From positions 491,926 to 555,925 of the forward strand of contig JAWCCZ010000001.1 in the NCBI GenBank assembly GCA_038861545.1: a stretch of DNA of 64,000 bases, read 5' to 3'. This stretch comes from Thermofilaceae archaeon. GTDB taxonomy: Archaea > Thermoproteota > Thermoprotei > Thermofilales > Thermofilaceae. Shown here one piece after another: positions 21,327 through 30,215 of the stretch (position 1 is its first letter; the number at the start of each line of letters is the position of its first letter). A program made the translations under genes and the position numbers. Under the pieces are notes generated by a model that was not told the DNA's origin, did not search any database, and worked only from the letters and a program-made list of their open reading frames with translations.

Positions 21327-21439
21327 ACGGACCCCTAGATAAGGGTTAAATTACGGATTAAATATGTTTCGGTTGATTAACCCATGTTAAATCAGCAACT
21401 GTCGATGTAATCAAGCGGGATTTACTTAAGGCCTGTTTT

Positions 21440-22414
21440 CTATGCTTTCAAGATAAAGGCGGGCGCCGGATGCCTCATTCGCTTTTCAATGCGCCATCCA
21501 GCGGTTTTAATCCAATCGTTTAACTGCTCCATCGTCGGCAGTATACTGGATCCCAGAAGGTAAGTTAAAGGAGCAAGCACCAGGCTAAGCTTCGTATCTA
21601 AGACTCCCTGAGTTAGCAAAGCGTTAGGTGTGACTTCTCTAACAGAGTTCAGAATTGTAAGTGGGTCGCTGCACCAGTGTAGAATGTTAATCATGACCGC
21701 GAAGTCAGCACTCTTAACAACCCTATGAATTTCCTCCCCCCTTCCCACTCTAACTTCTAACCTATCGCTTAGACCGAGAACCTCGGCGTAGCTCTTCGCA
21801 ACTTCTAGGTTCGGCTGATAGGGGTCCACAGCGATTACGCGGCTACCCGGGACAAGCCTGAGAATCGTTATAGATGAAAGCCCGATCCCTGCACCTACGT
21901 CCACGACCAACGAACCTGGCGGAATGTTCGCCCATTTTACTACTAGTTCCCTTAACCGATCGTAACCCAGGTTATCTAAGAAACGCCCGAACACGGCTCT
22001 GCTTTCCGCTCCGGCTGAGCTGCGGGCCATAAACCTTTCTCCGCTCATCAGCGAGTCCGGGAGGGTAGCGTAAACCCTGTCGATAACCGGCTTAAATGAC
22101 ACGAGATACCTGTTAGTTACTGGGGGAGGGTTACCAGATGTGCTTAGCCACTTCAACCTATCTGCCTCCCACCGGGCTAAGCCCTCGGCCTCCATTATGT
22201 CTCCGATAAGTTTAGCAAAACTCGGATCGGGGAACTCATGGAAAGGTTTTCTCTCCATCTCTTTATCGACCCCGGATTCTTCCAGCACTTGACGCGCTTT
22301 CCAAACAGCGTACCGCTCAGTCTCTCTTACAGCTTGCAGCATCTCACGCCCCTCTTTGCTGCCGATCATCTTTAGCGTGAACGAGATAAAAGATAACTCC
22401 GGCATCCTAACCAC
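21440..22414 (-). CDS. Class I SAM-dependent methyltransferase
   Basis: Motif I VVDVGAGIG, VIAVDP, ADFAVMINILHW. Confidence 0.85.
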   Translation of the reverse strand: MVRMPELSFISFTLKMIGSKEGREMLQAVRETERYAVWKARQVLEESGVDKEMERKPFHEFPDPSFAKLIGDIMEAEGLARWEADRLKWLSTSGNPPPVTNRYLVSFKPVIDRVYATLPDSLMSGERFMARSSAGAESRAVFGRFLDNLGYDRLRELVVKWANIPPGSLVVDVGAGIGLSSITILRLVPGSRVIAVDPYQPNLEVAKSYAEVLGLSDRLEVRVGRGEEIHRVVKSADFAVMINILHWCSDPLTILNSVREVTPNALLTQGVLDTKLSLVLAPLTYLLGSSILPTMEQLNDWIKTAGWRIEKRMRHPAPAFILKA

Positions 22415-22778
22415 CCTCAGGTTCTAGAACACCAAGCTTAAGCAGGGCTTCCACGGCTTTTCTCACCTCCGGCGTTAGTTCGCCTTCACCTCTTAACGCC
22501 GCGATAACCTGTTCTCTCATACGCTCTAGCATGGAAGGCCAGAGCTCCGGTCTCGCTAACCTAAGCCTTCCAGGTTTGTTCAAAGGTTCAGTAACCTCGA
22601 TTGGCCGAATATCTCGTATATCTGCATTCATATCCGCGAGAATCAAAGTGTAGCCTCCGCATCCAGTGCACCGTACAACTGTAGTTCCCTGCTTAACCTC
22701 AACCACGAGCGAGTTGTCACAGTGCGAGCACGGGATCTTAGCTATCCTGCCTTTTCCTCCAACTTCAACCACTTCCAT
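22407..22778 (-). CDS. Small Zn-ribbon protein (CxxC-CxxC)
   Basis: CSHC...CTGC; overlaps both neighbours. Confidence 0.7.
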   Translation of the reverse strand: MEVVEVGGKGRIAKIPCSHCDNSLVVEVKQGTTVVRCTGCGGYTLILADMNADIRDIRPIEVTEPLNKPGRLRLARPELWPSMLERMREQVIAALRGEGELTPEVRKAVEALLKLGVLEPEGG

Positions 22779-23103
22779 TATTCTCCCCCTCTTTTTTGAA
22801 AATTATTTTTAATTCCTCAAGCCAAAAATTAATGAAATTTTTATCATCGCGCTCAAAAGCGTTTAACAGCTCATCCGGCGGAACCCTGAACCCTCTCTCA
22901 GTCAGGATGCAAGCAACAAGTATGATAAACAACCTAGCATAGTCAAGGTCATTATCATATAAGCCAGCTAGCCGTTCCATAAACCTCCTAGGCGACTCTA
23001 CAACCAGTGTATCAGGGTCACCCCACCCCTCTCTCTCAAACCCTCTTCTTACAAGCATTCCAGCCGGGTAAGCCAGGAAATCGAGAAGCTCAGTCAACCT
23101 CAT
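22765..23103 (-). CDS. Small helical protein, possibly DUF3227/NitrOD5-like
   Basis: LVVESPRRFMERLAGLY resembles the P..F...L..hF core of that family; SD-like GAGGTGA upstream. Confidence 0.5.
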   Translation of the reverse strand: MRLTELLDFLAYPAGMLVRRGFEREGWGDPDTLVVESPRRFMERLAGLYDNDLDYARLFIILVACILTERGFRVPPDELLNAFERDDKNFINFWLEELKIIFKKEGENNGSG

Positions 23104-23104
23104 A

Positions 23105-24118
23105 TCACTTCACCTCTACCTCTTTCTGAAGTTTAACTACTTCACGTAGCAGGTACAGAAGCGGAGTAACTTTCACGATGCCCGGTATCATTGTGAACTC
23201 TATCGCATCAATGTCCAGGTCACCTAGCGCTCTATACAATTCGGGCATTGCCGCACATGGTGGTTGGCCAGATACCAAAGCCTTACTTAGGTCAATGTAA
23301 GCTGTGTGGAACCAAGGTAACTGAACCAATGTATTTGCAACAGCGTAAGCGTCTCTTCCTTCAACGTAAATCACCTTATACGGTGTGGAATCCAGCTTAT
23401 CGTATACGCGTACCCTATTTCCCTCCCATAAATTAAGCAAATGATCTTTGAAATGTTTGCTAAGTACCCGGCGTGGAACTTTTTTCTCAAAGTATTTTTC
23501 GCTTTCTCTTTCAGCTTCTCTCATGGAAGAGAAAGGCCATTTAAACTTCATTGATAGAATTAAAAGGTCAACGTCATCGAGTAGTATATTTTTCTCGGAT
23601 AGGGAAAGCTGCGGCCCTCTCTCTTTTTCACCCTTTTGTAGATATATTTCAGGGATTTTCCCATACAGTTTTCCATTCGTGTACATTGTTAGCTTAGATT
23701 TTGGACTCCACCATGCTCTTTTTACGGCTCTAACTACTAAGGCGTTATCCTCAAAGTTTGATAGCCAGTTTTCAATAACTTCGTTTGCTACTGGCAATAG
23801 TCCAACGTAAAGGTAGTAACGACCTCCCATGATGCGCAGTTCCCTTGTAGACTCATAGTAAGGTAATTTTTCTATATACTTTTTACTGATAACTGCTATG
23901 TTTAAAAGTCCAGCTTTCTCCAGTTTTATTTCAAATCTTAAAGAAACATTTTTGGAAACATTAAATTGGGAGAGTAAACGGGAAACCGTGTATGGTGGTA
24001 AGCCGGATTTTTTCACCACTTCGGATATCGTAAGCGAATCTTCCACTGCTTGTATAACTTTCCATTCATCTTCTCTTATGTTAAGAAATGGGAAAAATTT
24101 TTCTGATATAGTCCTCAC
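23105..24118 (-). CDS. Putative transcriptional regulator with two Lrp/AsnC-like HTH modules
   Basis: N-terminal TISEVVKKSGLPPYTVSRLL HTH; second module LDDVDLLIL...PFSSMREA...LSKHF. Confidence 0.7.
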   Translation of the reverse strand: MRTISEKFFPFLNIREDEWKVIQAVEDSLTISEVVKKSGLPPYTVSRLLSQFNVSKNVSLRFEIKLEKAGLLNIAVISKKYIEKLPYYESTRELRIMGGRYYLYVGLLPVANEVIENWLSNFEDNALVVRAVKRAWWSPKSKLTMYTNGKLYGKIPEIYLQKGEKERGPQLSLSEKNILLDDVDLLILSMKFKWPFSSMREAERESEKYFEKKVPRRVLSKHFKDHLLNLWEGNRVRVYDKLDSTPYKVIYVEGRDAYAVANTLVQLPWFHTAYIDLSKALVSGQPPCAAMPELYRALGDLDIDAIEFTMIPGIVKVTPLLYLLREVVKLQKEVEVK

Positions 24119-24152
24119 CTGAATTTCTTTGTTTTGACCACTTATTTTTATC

Positions 24153-24308
24153 TTAAAGTGGGTCTATGTCAGGCGCAGGCACTCCTCCTGGCGGGGGTGG
24201 AGGCTCGGGAGCAACAATGCTCTTAGAAATTACGAACGCAGCTAGCGCAAGCACTAGCGCAAGCAGCTTCCACTTGTAAATTTTCAGTACGTATTTTATG
24301 GTTCTCAT
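24153..24308 (-). CDS. Unannotated 51-aa signal-peptide-like microprotein MRTIKYVLKIYKWKLLALVLALAAFVISKSIVAPEPPPPPGGVPAPDIDPL
   Basis: Translated by hand, ATG 24308 to TAA 24153; basic n-region, hydrophobic h-region, Pro-rich acidic tail; TATA-like TTTAAGTA about 25 nt upstream. Confidence 0.72.
   Translation of the reverse strand: MRTIKYVLKIYKWKLLALVLALAAFVISKSIVAPEPPPPPGGVPAPDIDPL
24242..24265. repeat. Perfect 12-bp tandem repeat (CTAGCGCAAGCA x2) inside the microprotein h-region
   Basis: Read directly from the sequence. Confidence 0.8.
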
Positions 24309-24339
24309 CAATAATTAGGTGAAAACTGTGATACTTAAA

Positions 24340-24393
24340 CTTTACGCCATTTTTGCAGTCACACATTGATATAGTTGCAAAAATGGCGTAAAG
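24340..24393. promoter_or_regulatory. Perfect 18-bp inverted repeat with 18-nt spacer abutting the microprotein TATA box (operator candidate)
   Basis: CTTTACGCCATTTTTGCA (24340-24357) / TGCAAAAATGGCGTAAAG (24376-24393). Confidence 0.75.
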
Positions 24394-24582
24394 AACTTGC
24401 AGGCAGCAGCGGACTCGTACATTTGCCTCAACTGTATGTTTACTATTTAAACTAAATAGTTGAAATTTTCAAATGAAAACTTGGGATTTATATTTCAGTT
24501 TCTAAGTGTTACATAGGCACTCTTCGAAGATATTCGATGATTGTAAAGTTGGACTTTTAAGGTAATTGGTAGCTAGTATCGA

Positions 24583-25326
24583 GTGCGTAATTTTACCTTA
24601 TCGGATTTCAGGGAGAGGGAGATTTTAAGAAAACTGGCCCACATTATCTTATCGCTCCTAATGATTATACCTCTCTCTCCGAAGTATAGTTTACCAATTA
24701 CCGGCTTTGGGACCTTTGACAATGCTTTAACGACTTACACAGCAGCATTAGTTACAGTACTATTTGTTACGAGCTTACAGGTTAAAAAGCCAGAGCTGCG
24801 CGAGGCTATGCTTAGATTGTCAAGAGAAGCCAGAAAGTCGGTTTTACAACATCTCCGCGAGGTTATCCCGAATCAGGAACTAGTTGAAGGCGTGGAGCAG
24901 GCTTTAGATAGAGCTGAATCCGGTTTTCTCTCTATTATTGAATCTATTGAACGAGATTATGAGCGCAGGTACGGGTATATAGCGGCTGTTTGTGGTCTCA
25001 CAGGTGTGACAGCGAGCTACATTTTTTTCGGTAGAGAAGCAACACTTCGGGGAATTCTCGCACTAGCGGTAGTGGACCCGGTTGCATCAATAACTACGCT
25101 TTACTCTCCAGTTCAAGGTAGAATTTTAAAACATAATGTATTTTCGCCCTTCGCCTCTTTTCTAGTTTACTTCCTAATTTTGATAATTATGGGAGAGAGT
25201 ATAATAACTGCCTTAATACTGGGGTTAGCTTCTTCAACTGTAGAGCTCCTATCTCTTGAGGATAACCTTACGTTACCATTAGGTGCGGCATCACTATATA
25301 TTCTCTGCGTGAAAATAGGGTTATAG
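24583..25326 (+). CDS. Dolichol/phytol kinase-like membrane protein
   Basis: REILRKLAH, LAVVDPVAS, VELLSLEDNLTLP. Confidence 0.7.
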   Translation: MRNFTLSDFREREILRKLAHIILSLLMIIPLSPKYSLPITGFGTFDNALTTYTAALVTVLFVTSLQVKKPELREAMLRLSREARKSVLQHLREVIPNQELVEGVEQALDRAESGFLSIIESIERDYERRYGYIAAVCGLTGVTASYIFFGREATLRGILALAVVDPVASITTLYSPVQGRILKHNVFSPFASFLVYFLILIIMGESIITALILGLASSTVELLSLEDNLTLPLGAASLYILCVKIGL

Positions 25327-25420
25327 GCGTTTTTACCGTAAATCAGCTCTCATGTTTCCTCGCTTTTCAGGCTTAGTAAACGTCATCATTAGGGATGCAT
25401 TAAGGCTATTTCCCTTAGAG

Positions 25421-25714
25421 TTAGGCATCATCTATTGCGTTAGTTTTGGAGTGTTCCCTCAACTCTTTAATCCAAATTCTCCATAAGAGGAATGTTATAA
25501 TTATTAGTATTAGAGTGAGGAGAGTCGCTATAACGAAAAAAGAAGGGGCGAGCTCACCGGCGCCAATACATATCGGTATTGGGATGAAGATGCAGCCCAC
25601 GATCCCTCTAACCGAGCCGGTACTTGCTAAGTAAATTACAGTCAAGACAACTAGCGCGAAGCCTGTTAATATTAACGCGAAAGCGATTTTTTCTACTTGC
25701 ATTATATCTCTCAC
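25421..25714 (-). CDS. Small membrane protein, DUF131-like paralogue
   Basis: Two TM helices around GCIFIPIPICIG; overlaps the DUF131 gene. Confidence 0.6.
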   Translation of the reverse strand: MRDIMQVEKIAFALILTGFALVVLTVIYLASTGSVRGIVGCIFIPIPICIGAGELAPSFFVIATLLTLILIIITFLLWRIWIKELREHSKTNAIDDA

Positions 25715-25974
25715 CTCAGTAACCAGCCGATCAGTAAGAATACCGCAACGCTGAACGCTGTGAAAAGGATAGCTATGGCGATCAGCGACCTGGCAACTTT
25801 CTCACTGGTTCCGATGACTAAGGGTACCGGTCCTATTATCAGAACAGCCCCTCCTTCAATGCGTCTAGCATTCTGCACAGCTTTAAGCGTGGAAAGAAGT
25901 AGGAGGAGTACACCCGCTAATATTAGTATAAAAGCCGCTGTAAATAGCAATAAAGTTATGGGTACAGTCTCCAT
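25711..25974 (-). CDS. DUF131 (TIGR00304) membrane protein
   Basis: EGGAVLIIGPVPLVIGT between two TM helices. Confidence 0.85.
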   Translation of the reverse strand: METVPITLLLFTAAFILILAGVLLLLLSTLKAVQNARRIEGGAVLIIGPVPLVIGTSEKVARSLIAIAILFTAFSVAVFLLIGWLLR

Positions 25975-26069
25975 ACAATAGCGAAATATTCTACAGCTTT
26001 ATAATCTTTAACGCGCGTAGAAAGTTCAATGGAAATAGCTGTTAAACGCGGAAAAATTAAGGAAGGTTA

Positions 26070-27443
26070 CTATCTAAAGTGTTGAGCCATTTCCTTGTTC
26101 TCGGGAATTGAGAGGATGTTAGCGATAATCGAGTCGACTTGTTCGTTAGATTTAGTTCTCGGGTCGACGATAAGCCAATCGAATAGCAAATCTCTCCCTC
26201 CTTCGAGGAAAGCTTCTAGCGCCCATTCCATTCTTATCATCCTAGGCCAAATGACATGCTTCATAATACGTCTAGGCAACCGTAGACCATAAACCCTGCG
26301 AACTCCTCTTCCGTCAACGTAAGCCGGCACCTCTACGGCAACATCGTCAGGTATACTGACGATAGAGCCCTGGTTGGGTATGTTTACCTGGTACAACCCT
26401 CTTCTATCGTTTACCAGCGAATCCATTAATGGTGCTATCGATTCAAGGCTCCTTTTAGGTGGTAGCAAGTCAGTTAGAGGCGTTTTAACGTCAGCTGCAG
26501 CTTCCTTAAACATATCGACGGTTTTCGATTGCCAATCTAGGTATACTTTCCAGCCGATCTCGCTGTCAGGCCCTCCTGTAGGGCCAAACCATTTCTGCTT
26601 TGTTTTTAAATCCCAGTGGTACTTCCACGTACCGCCTCTAACGGCGTCGCCTACCGGGAACAACCCGTAAATTTTATACATATCAACAGCTGCGGGCGAC
26701 ATCTGGATATCGAAGGGGTTCGCTTGATGTTCTCTCCATTTCCTCCAGTACTCCTCAGCTTTCTTTGTTATCCATTCGTCGATTAACGGGTACGCATCCT
26801 CTCCCTTATACTCAAATCTTGTAAGCCAAATTACATGGTTAAACCCGATAGCTTCAAACTCCACCTTATCCGGATCTAAGCCAAGTGCACCAGCAATTTC
26901 CCTGTAGCCGAGGTGTCCATGACAAAGCCCAATAACTTTTACTTTAGTTTTTCTGCTAATTAAGGTTGTTAACTCGAATACAGGGTTAGCCACTTGCAAA
27001 AGCCATGCCTCAGGGCTTAGGTCTTCGATGTCTCTCGCGATGTCCATTGCTAGTTTAAATTGATAGTAACCCCATATCGTGTGATAATCGGAAACCATGT
27101 TCCACTCTACGCTGTTGATCCCCCTATAGTAGCCATGCTTCTCCGATATTTCACGCATTTTCTCGTAGTATGAATGGCCCATGGCCATCGCCGTATTTAT
27201 GACGAAGTCTGCGCCCTCAATTGCTTTTTTCCTATCAGTTGCCACTTCAAACTTTAGGTCGGCTTTTACTTCCTTAGCATACCTTACCGCGAGCGAATGC
27301 ACAAGCTTCAAGCGGTCCTCATTAATGTCCATCAGGTTGATTACGCTGCCATAAAGGCCAGGGGTGCAGCAAATATCTCTAACAAGTGTAGCAGACCAAG
27401 CGACGCTGCCGGCGCCTATAACCGCTATTTTAGCTCCGGCCAT
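26070..27443 (-). CDS. Family 4 glycoside hydrolase (NAD-dependent alpha-glucosidase/galactosidase type)
   Basis: IGAGS, LMDI, ANPV, GLCHG, GFNHVIW, VAVEVPA. Confidence 0.92.
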   Translation of the reverse strand: MAGAKIAVIGAGSVAWSATLVRDICCTPGLYGSVINLMDINEDRLKLVHSLAVRYAKEVKADLKFEVATDRKKAIEGADFVINTAMAMGHSYYEKMREISEKHGYYRGINSVEWNMVSDYHTIWGYYQFKLAMDIARDIEDLSPEAWLLQVANPVFELTTLISRKTKVKVIGLCHGHLGYREIAGALGLDPDKVEFEAIGFNHVIWLTRFEYKGEDAYPLIDEWITKKAEEYWRKWREHQANPFDIQMSPAAVDMYKIYGLFPVGDAVRGGTWKYHWDLKTKQKWFGPTGGPDSEIGWKVYLDWQSKTVDMFKEAAADVKTPLTDLLPPKRSLESIAPLMDSLVNDRRGLYQVNIPNQGSIVSIPDDVAVEVPAYVDGRGVRRVYGLRLPRRIMKHVIWPRMIRMEWALEAFLEGGRDLLFDWLIVDPRTKSNEQVDSIIANILSIPENKEMAQHFR

Positions 27444-28236
27444 ACTATTTCATAGAACCATGGTATTTTAGAGTTGCTGCATCACCATAAATTAACACTG
27501 ATCACAAGTTAAATATTAAACTTATTCTATTATTTAATTTAGAAATAAGTTTCAGAAACTTAATAAAGAGAACGCTAAAAACCAATGAATTGTGAGGAGA
27601 ACAGGAGTAGAGAGTTCTAAGCTTATCTACAAATCTCTACTTATGCATAGTATAGTACCTTGGGCGCATGCATAACTTTTACCTGAAAATTATCCTGAGG
27701 GAGCAACTAGTGTAACCGGTGACACTAAAGTCGGAAACGTAATGAAAGCTAAGCAGTTTAGCATTTTCAACCTAGCGTGACGAAGGGCATCGAAATTCTA
27801 CAAGAGGTTGCACTTGGTTCTTAAAAAAGTTATAGGGTCTTCTACTACACAGGTTGGCCGGGGAAGCACCGAGGTTTAAACGTGTAAGCTGGCATGGCTA
27901 AAAAACTGATAGTGACTGGATTCAAGGTTCTGGAAGTTATGAAAGGATACAGCATACTGACCCGAACATTGTAACTAATGTTGGGTGTTAGGATCTGTAA
28001 GGTGTGAACGTGAACGATGGATAGCATAAAACTCAGCCCGTTGGTTGGAGGGCTAGGTGCGGATGTTTATTCTCTTGAATTTGAGTAGTGCTTTTTACAT
28101 AATGCTTACGCCGCGCAAGTCTATCTGATCAATATCAGAAGTTTTCTATCTTTATTGTTTAATAGTTAAGTATAAACAACTATGATTTAAGCAAATTATT
28201 ATGTCTATTTTTAATATTTGCAAATTATACTTACCT

Positions 28237-29268
28237 TTAACTTATTAAATTAATTGTTTTACCTGATGCAGCAGATTCGTAAGCCGCCTCTATTACTTCT
28301 ACTACATGCTTCCCCTCCTCTGGTGAGCCTATGGGTATCGAATTATTGAGTAAACATCTTACGAAGTGCCTGTGAGTATGTTGGGGCTCTTTTTCTCTAG
28401 CTACGGTCGGTATAACCCAGCTTGCGTTCTTTTGATCATAGAAAGCCACTGGAATGTTAAAGTAGTTTAGAAGAACTGTTCCTTTAGTCCCGTACAAGAT
28501 TGTTCCTTCGACCGTCGCAACCTGCGTCCAACTCGATTCTGCGACAGCTATTGCTCCATTCTCCATCTCCATGAGTAAAGCACAGTTGTCCTCTACTTTT
28601 GCTGACTTATCCAGAGTAGCTACACGAGCTAATACGCTTTTAACCTTACCCAGCAAGTACACTATCTGAGTCACTGCATATACTCCCAGATCTAACAGAA
28701 CGCCGCCATGGGCTTTTTCAGGGTCGAAAAACCAGCAATTCTTCTCTTCACCAAACATGCGGGCTACTCCCTCCTGGTACCCTTCTGGCCCTGCGTGAGC
28801 CACACGGGATCTCACCATACATACTCTTCCTACACCACTACTGCTAAGGAGTTTTTTAGCGTAATCGAAAGATGGTGTATCAAAATAAACGAACGGTAGG
28901 ACCATGACCTTTACGTCGCTATGTTTACGAGCCGCTTTCACGATCATTTCGGCATCCCTCGAATTTGTGCACATAGGTTTCTGAATAATTACGTGCTTTC
29001 CAGCATTTATGCTATCTACGGCAATTTTAGCATGAGTAGGGTGCGGAGTAGCTACCACTACAGCGTCAATGTCATCTCTTTCCAGCAGTTTTGTATAATC
29101 AGTGTACCAGTACTTGATACCGAATCGCTCAGCTGTAACCCTAGCCCTATTCTCTATCACGTCTGCAACGGCAATCACATCCGCCTCCTCAATCGCTTTA
29201 AGTTCCGGAATGTGGAAGTAATTTGATATGCCACCACAACCAATTATGCCAAAGCCGATCTTTCGCAT
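28237..29268 (-). CDS. Gfo/Idh/MocA family oxidoreductase
   Basis: GIIGCGGI, ATPHPTH, GKHVIIQKP, GGVLLDLGVY. Confidence 0.92.
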   Translation of the reverse strand: MRKIGFGIIGCGGISNYFHIPELKAIEEADVIAVADVIENRARVTAERFGIKYWYTDYTKLLERDDIDAVVVATPHPTHAKIAVDSINAGKHVIIQKPMCTNSRDAEMIVKAARKHSDVKVMVLPFVYFDTPSFDYAKKLLSSSGVGRVCMVRSRVAHAGPEGYQEGVARMFGEEKNCWFFDPEKAHGGVLLDLGVYAVTQIVYLLGKVKSVLARVATLDKSAKVEDNCALLMEMENGAIAVAESSWTQVATVEGTILYGTKGTVLLNYFNIPVAFYDQKNASWVIPTVAREKEPQHTHRHFVRCLLNNSIPIGSPEEGKHVVEVIEAAYESAASGKTINLIS

Positions 29269-29680
29269 TCATGACCCCCTCTCCCATATTTTAGGGATTC
29301 AGGCTTATGTCATAATCTAAAAAATTTTTACATAATTAAGGAATGTGTCGCGGCTAAACTGGTTTGACTTTTCGTTCTCTACAGCATTGTACAATATGGT
29401 TCAACCACGCCTCCCTTGATAGAGAGGAGGGAGAAACAATCACGTAGAAGGATACGATTTATCGCGTAAGGGGTGGAAGGAGCTATCACGAGGGGTTGGG
29501 AGCGGTGATCAGCTGGGCCTGAGCCTTTCTAATCGAACTTGGTTGAAGTTGCGAACAGAATTGTTGCTATCGTGCTTAACGTGAATGAAAGGTAGAAGAT
29601 GGCTCTTGGGTTGGCTTTGCAGTACACGTAACCACCGACGTAACCGGCGGTATTCGATGAGTTCGGCGACGGAGCTTACT

Positions 29681-29978
29681 ATGCCGAAGAACGATGCGAT
29701 AGTGCTTTTATCCACCACGTTCCTCGTGATGAAGCTCATAAACAGCAGGAACATGTAATGACCGTTATCAACGATATCGAGCTGTACTATGGAGCCTATA
29801 AGTCCGGGAAAAGGCAGTAGAACCTGGAGCTGTTGAGAAGACAGGTCAAATCTACGCAGAACTGGAGGCGTTGGGGTACTCTGTCGACTTGAAAGGCGTC
29901 ATAATCAAGGTGATAGCTCTCACCAGTGGCTACACGCTAGCGACTAGGAACGTGATACATCTACGCAGGATGAATTGA
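29681..29978 (+). pseudogene. Degraded VapC/PIN-domain toxin gene
   Basis: Fragments in broken frames: IVLLSTTFLV, TVINDIELYYGAYKS, GQIYAELEALG..VDLK..II..IAL..GYTLATRNV.H. Confidence 0.75.
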
Positions 29979-30215
29979 ACCCTATAGTTACCCCCTAGCA
30001 GACCCGAGTTCACTGACAATGCCTTTTTCTTAGCGCGAAGAAAGCTTTCAAGCATAACTACACAACATTGCACTGCAGCAGTAGTGGGTATCCGCTGAGG
30101 TTTTGTGCATCATACCTTAGCTCGGATTGTGCTTTCTTGGCGAAAGCAAGATATACGAGGGATTTCCCCCTATAAGAGTAAACTTTATATTAATGTTTCC
30201 CCCTTTAGGAAACCT

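Noticed and set aside
21371-21396. Imperfect palindrome GTTGATTAAC-CCAT-GTTAAATCAGC upstream of the roadblock-Rab operon
   Set aside because: Short, imperfect, AT-rich and unlike the 18-bp repeat; cannot be distinguished from chance
24107-24308. Micropeptide and regulator both begin MRTI
   Set aside because: Only four residues, with different codons; could be chance
27643-27780. Coding-like fragment (IVPWAHA*LLPENYPEGATSVTGD), faintly creatininase-like
   Set aside because: Too short and broken to assign without a search
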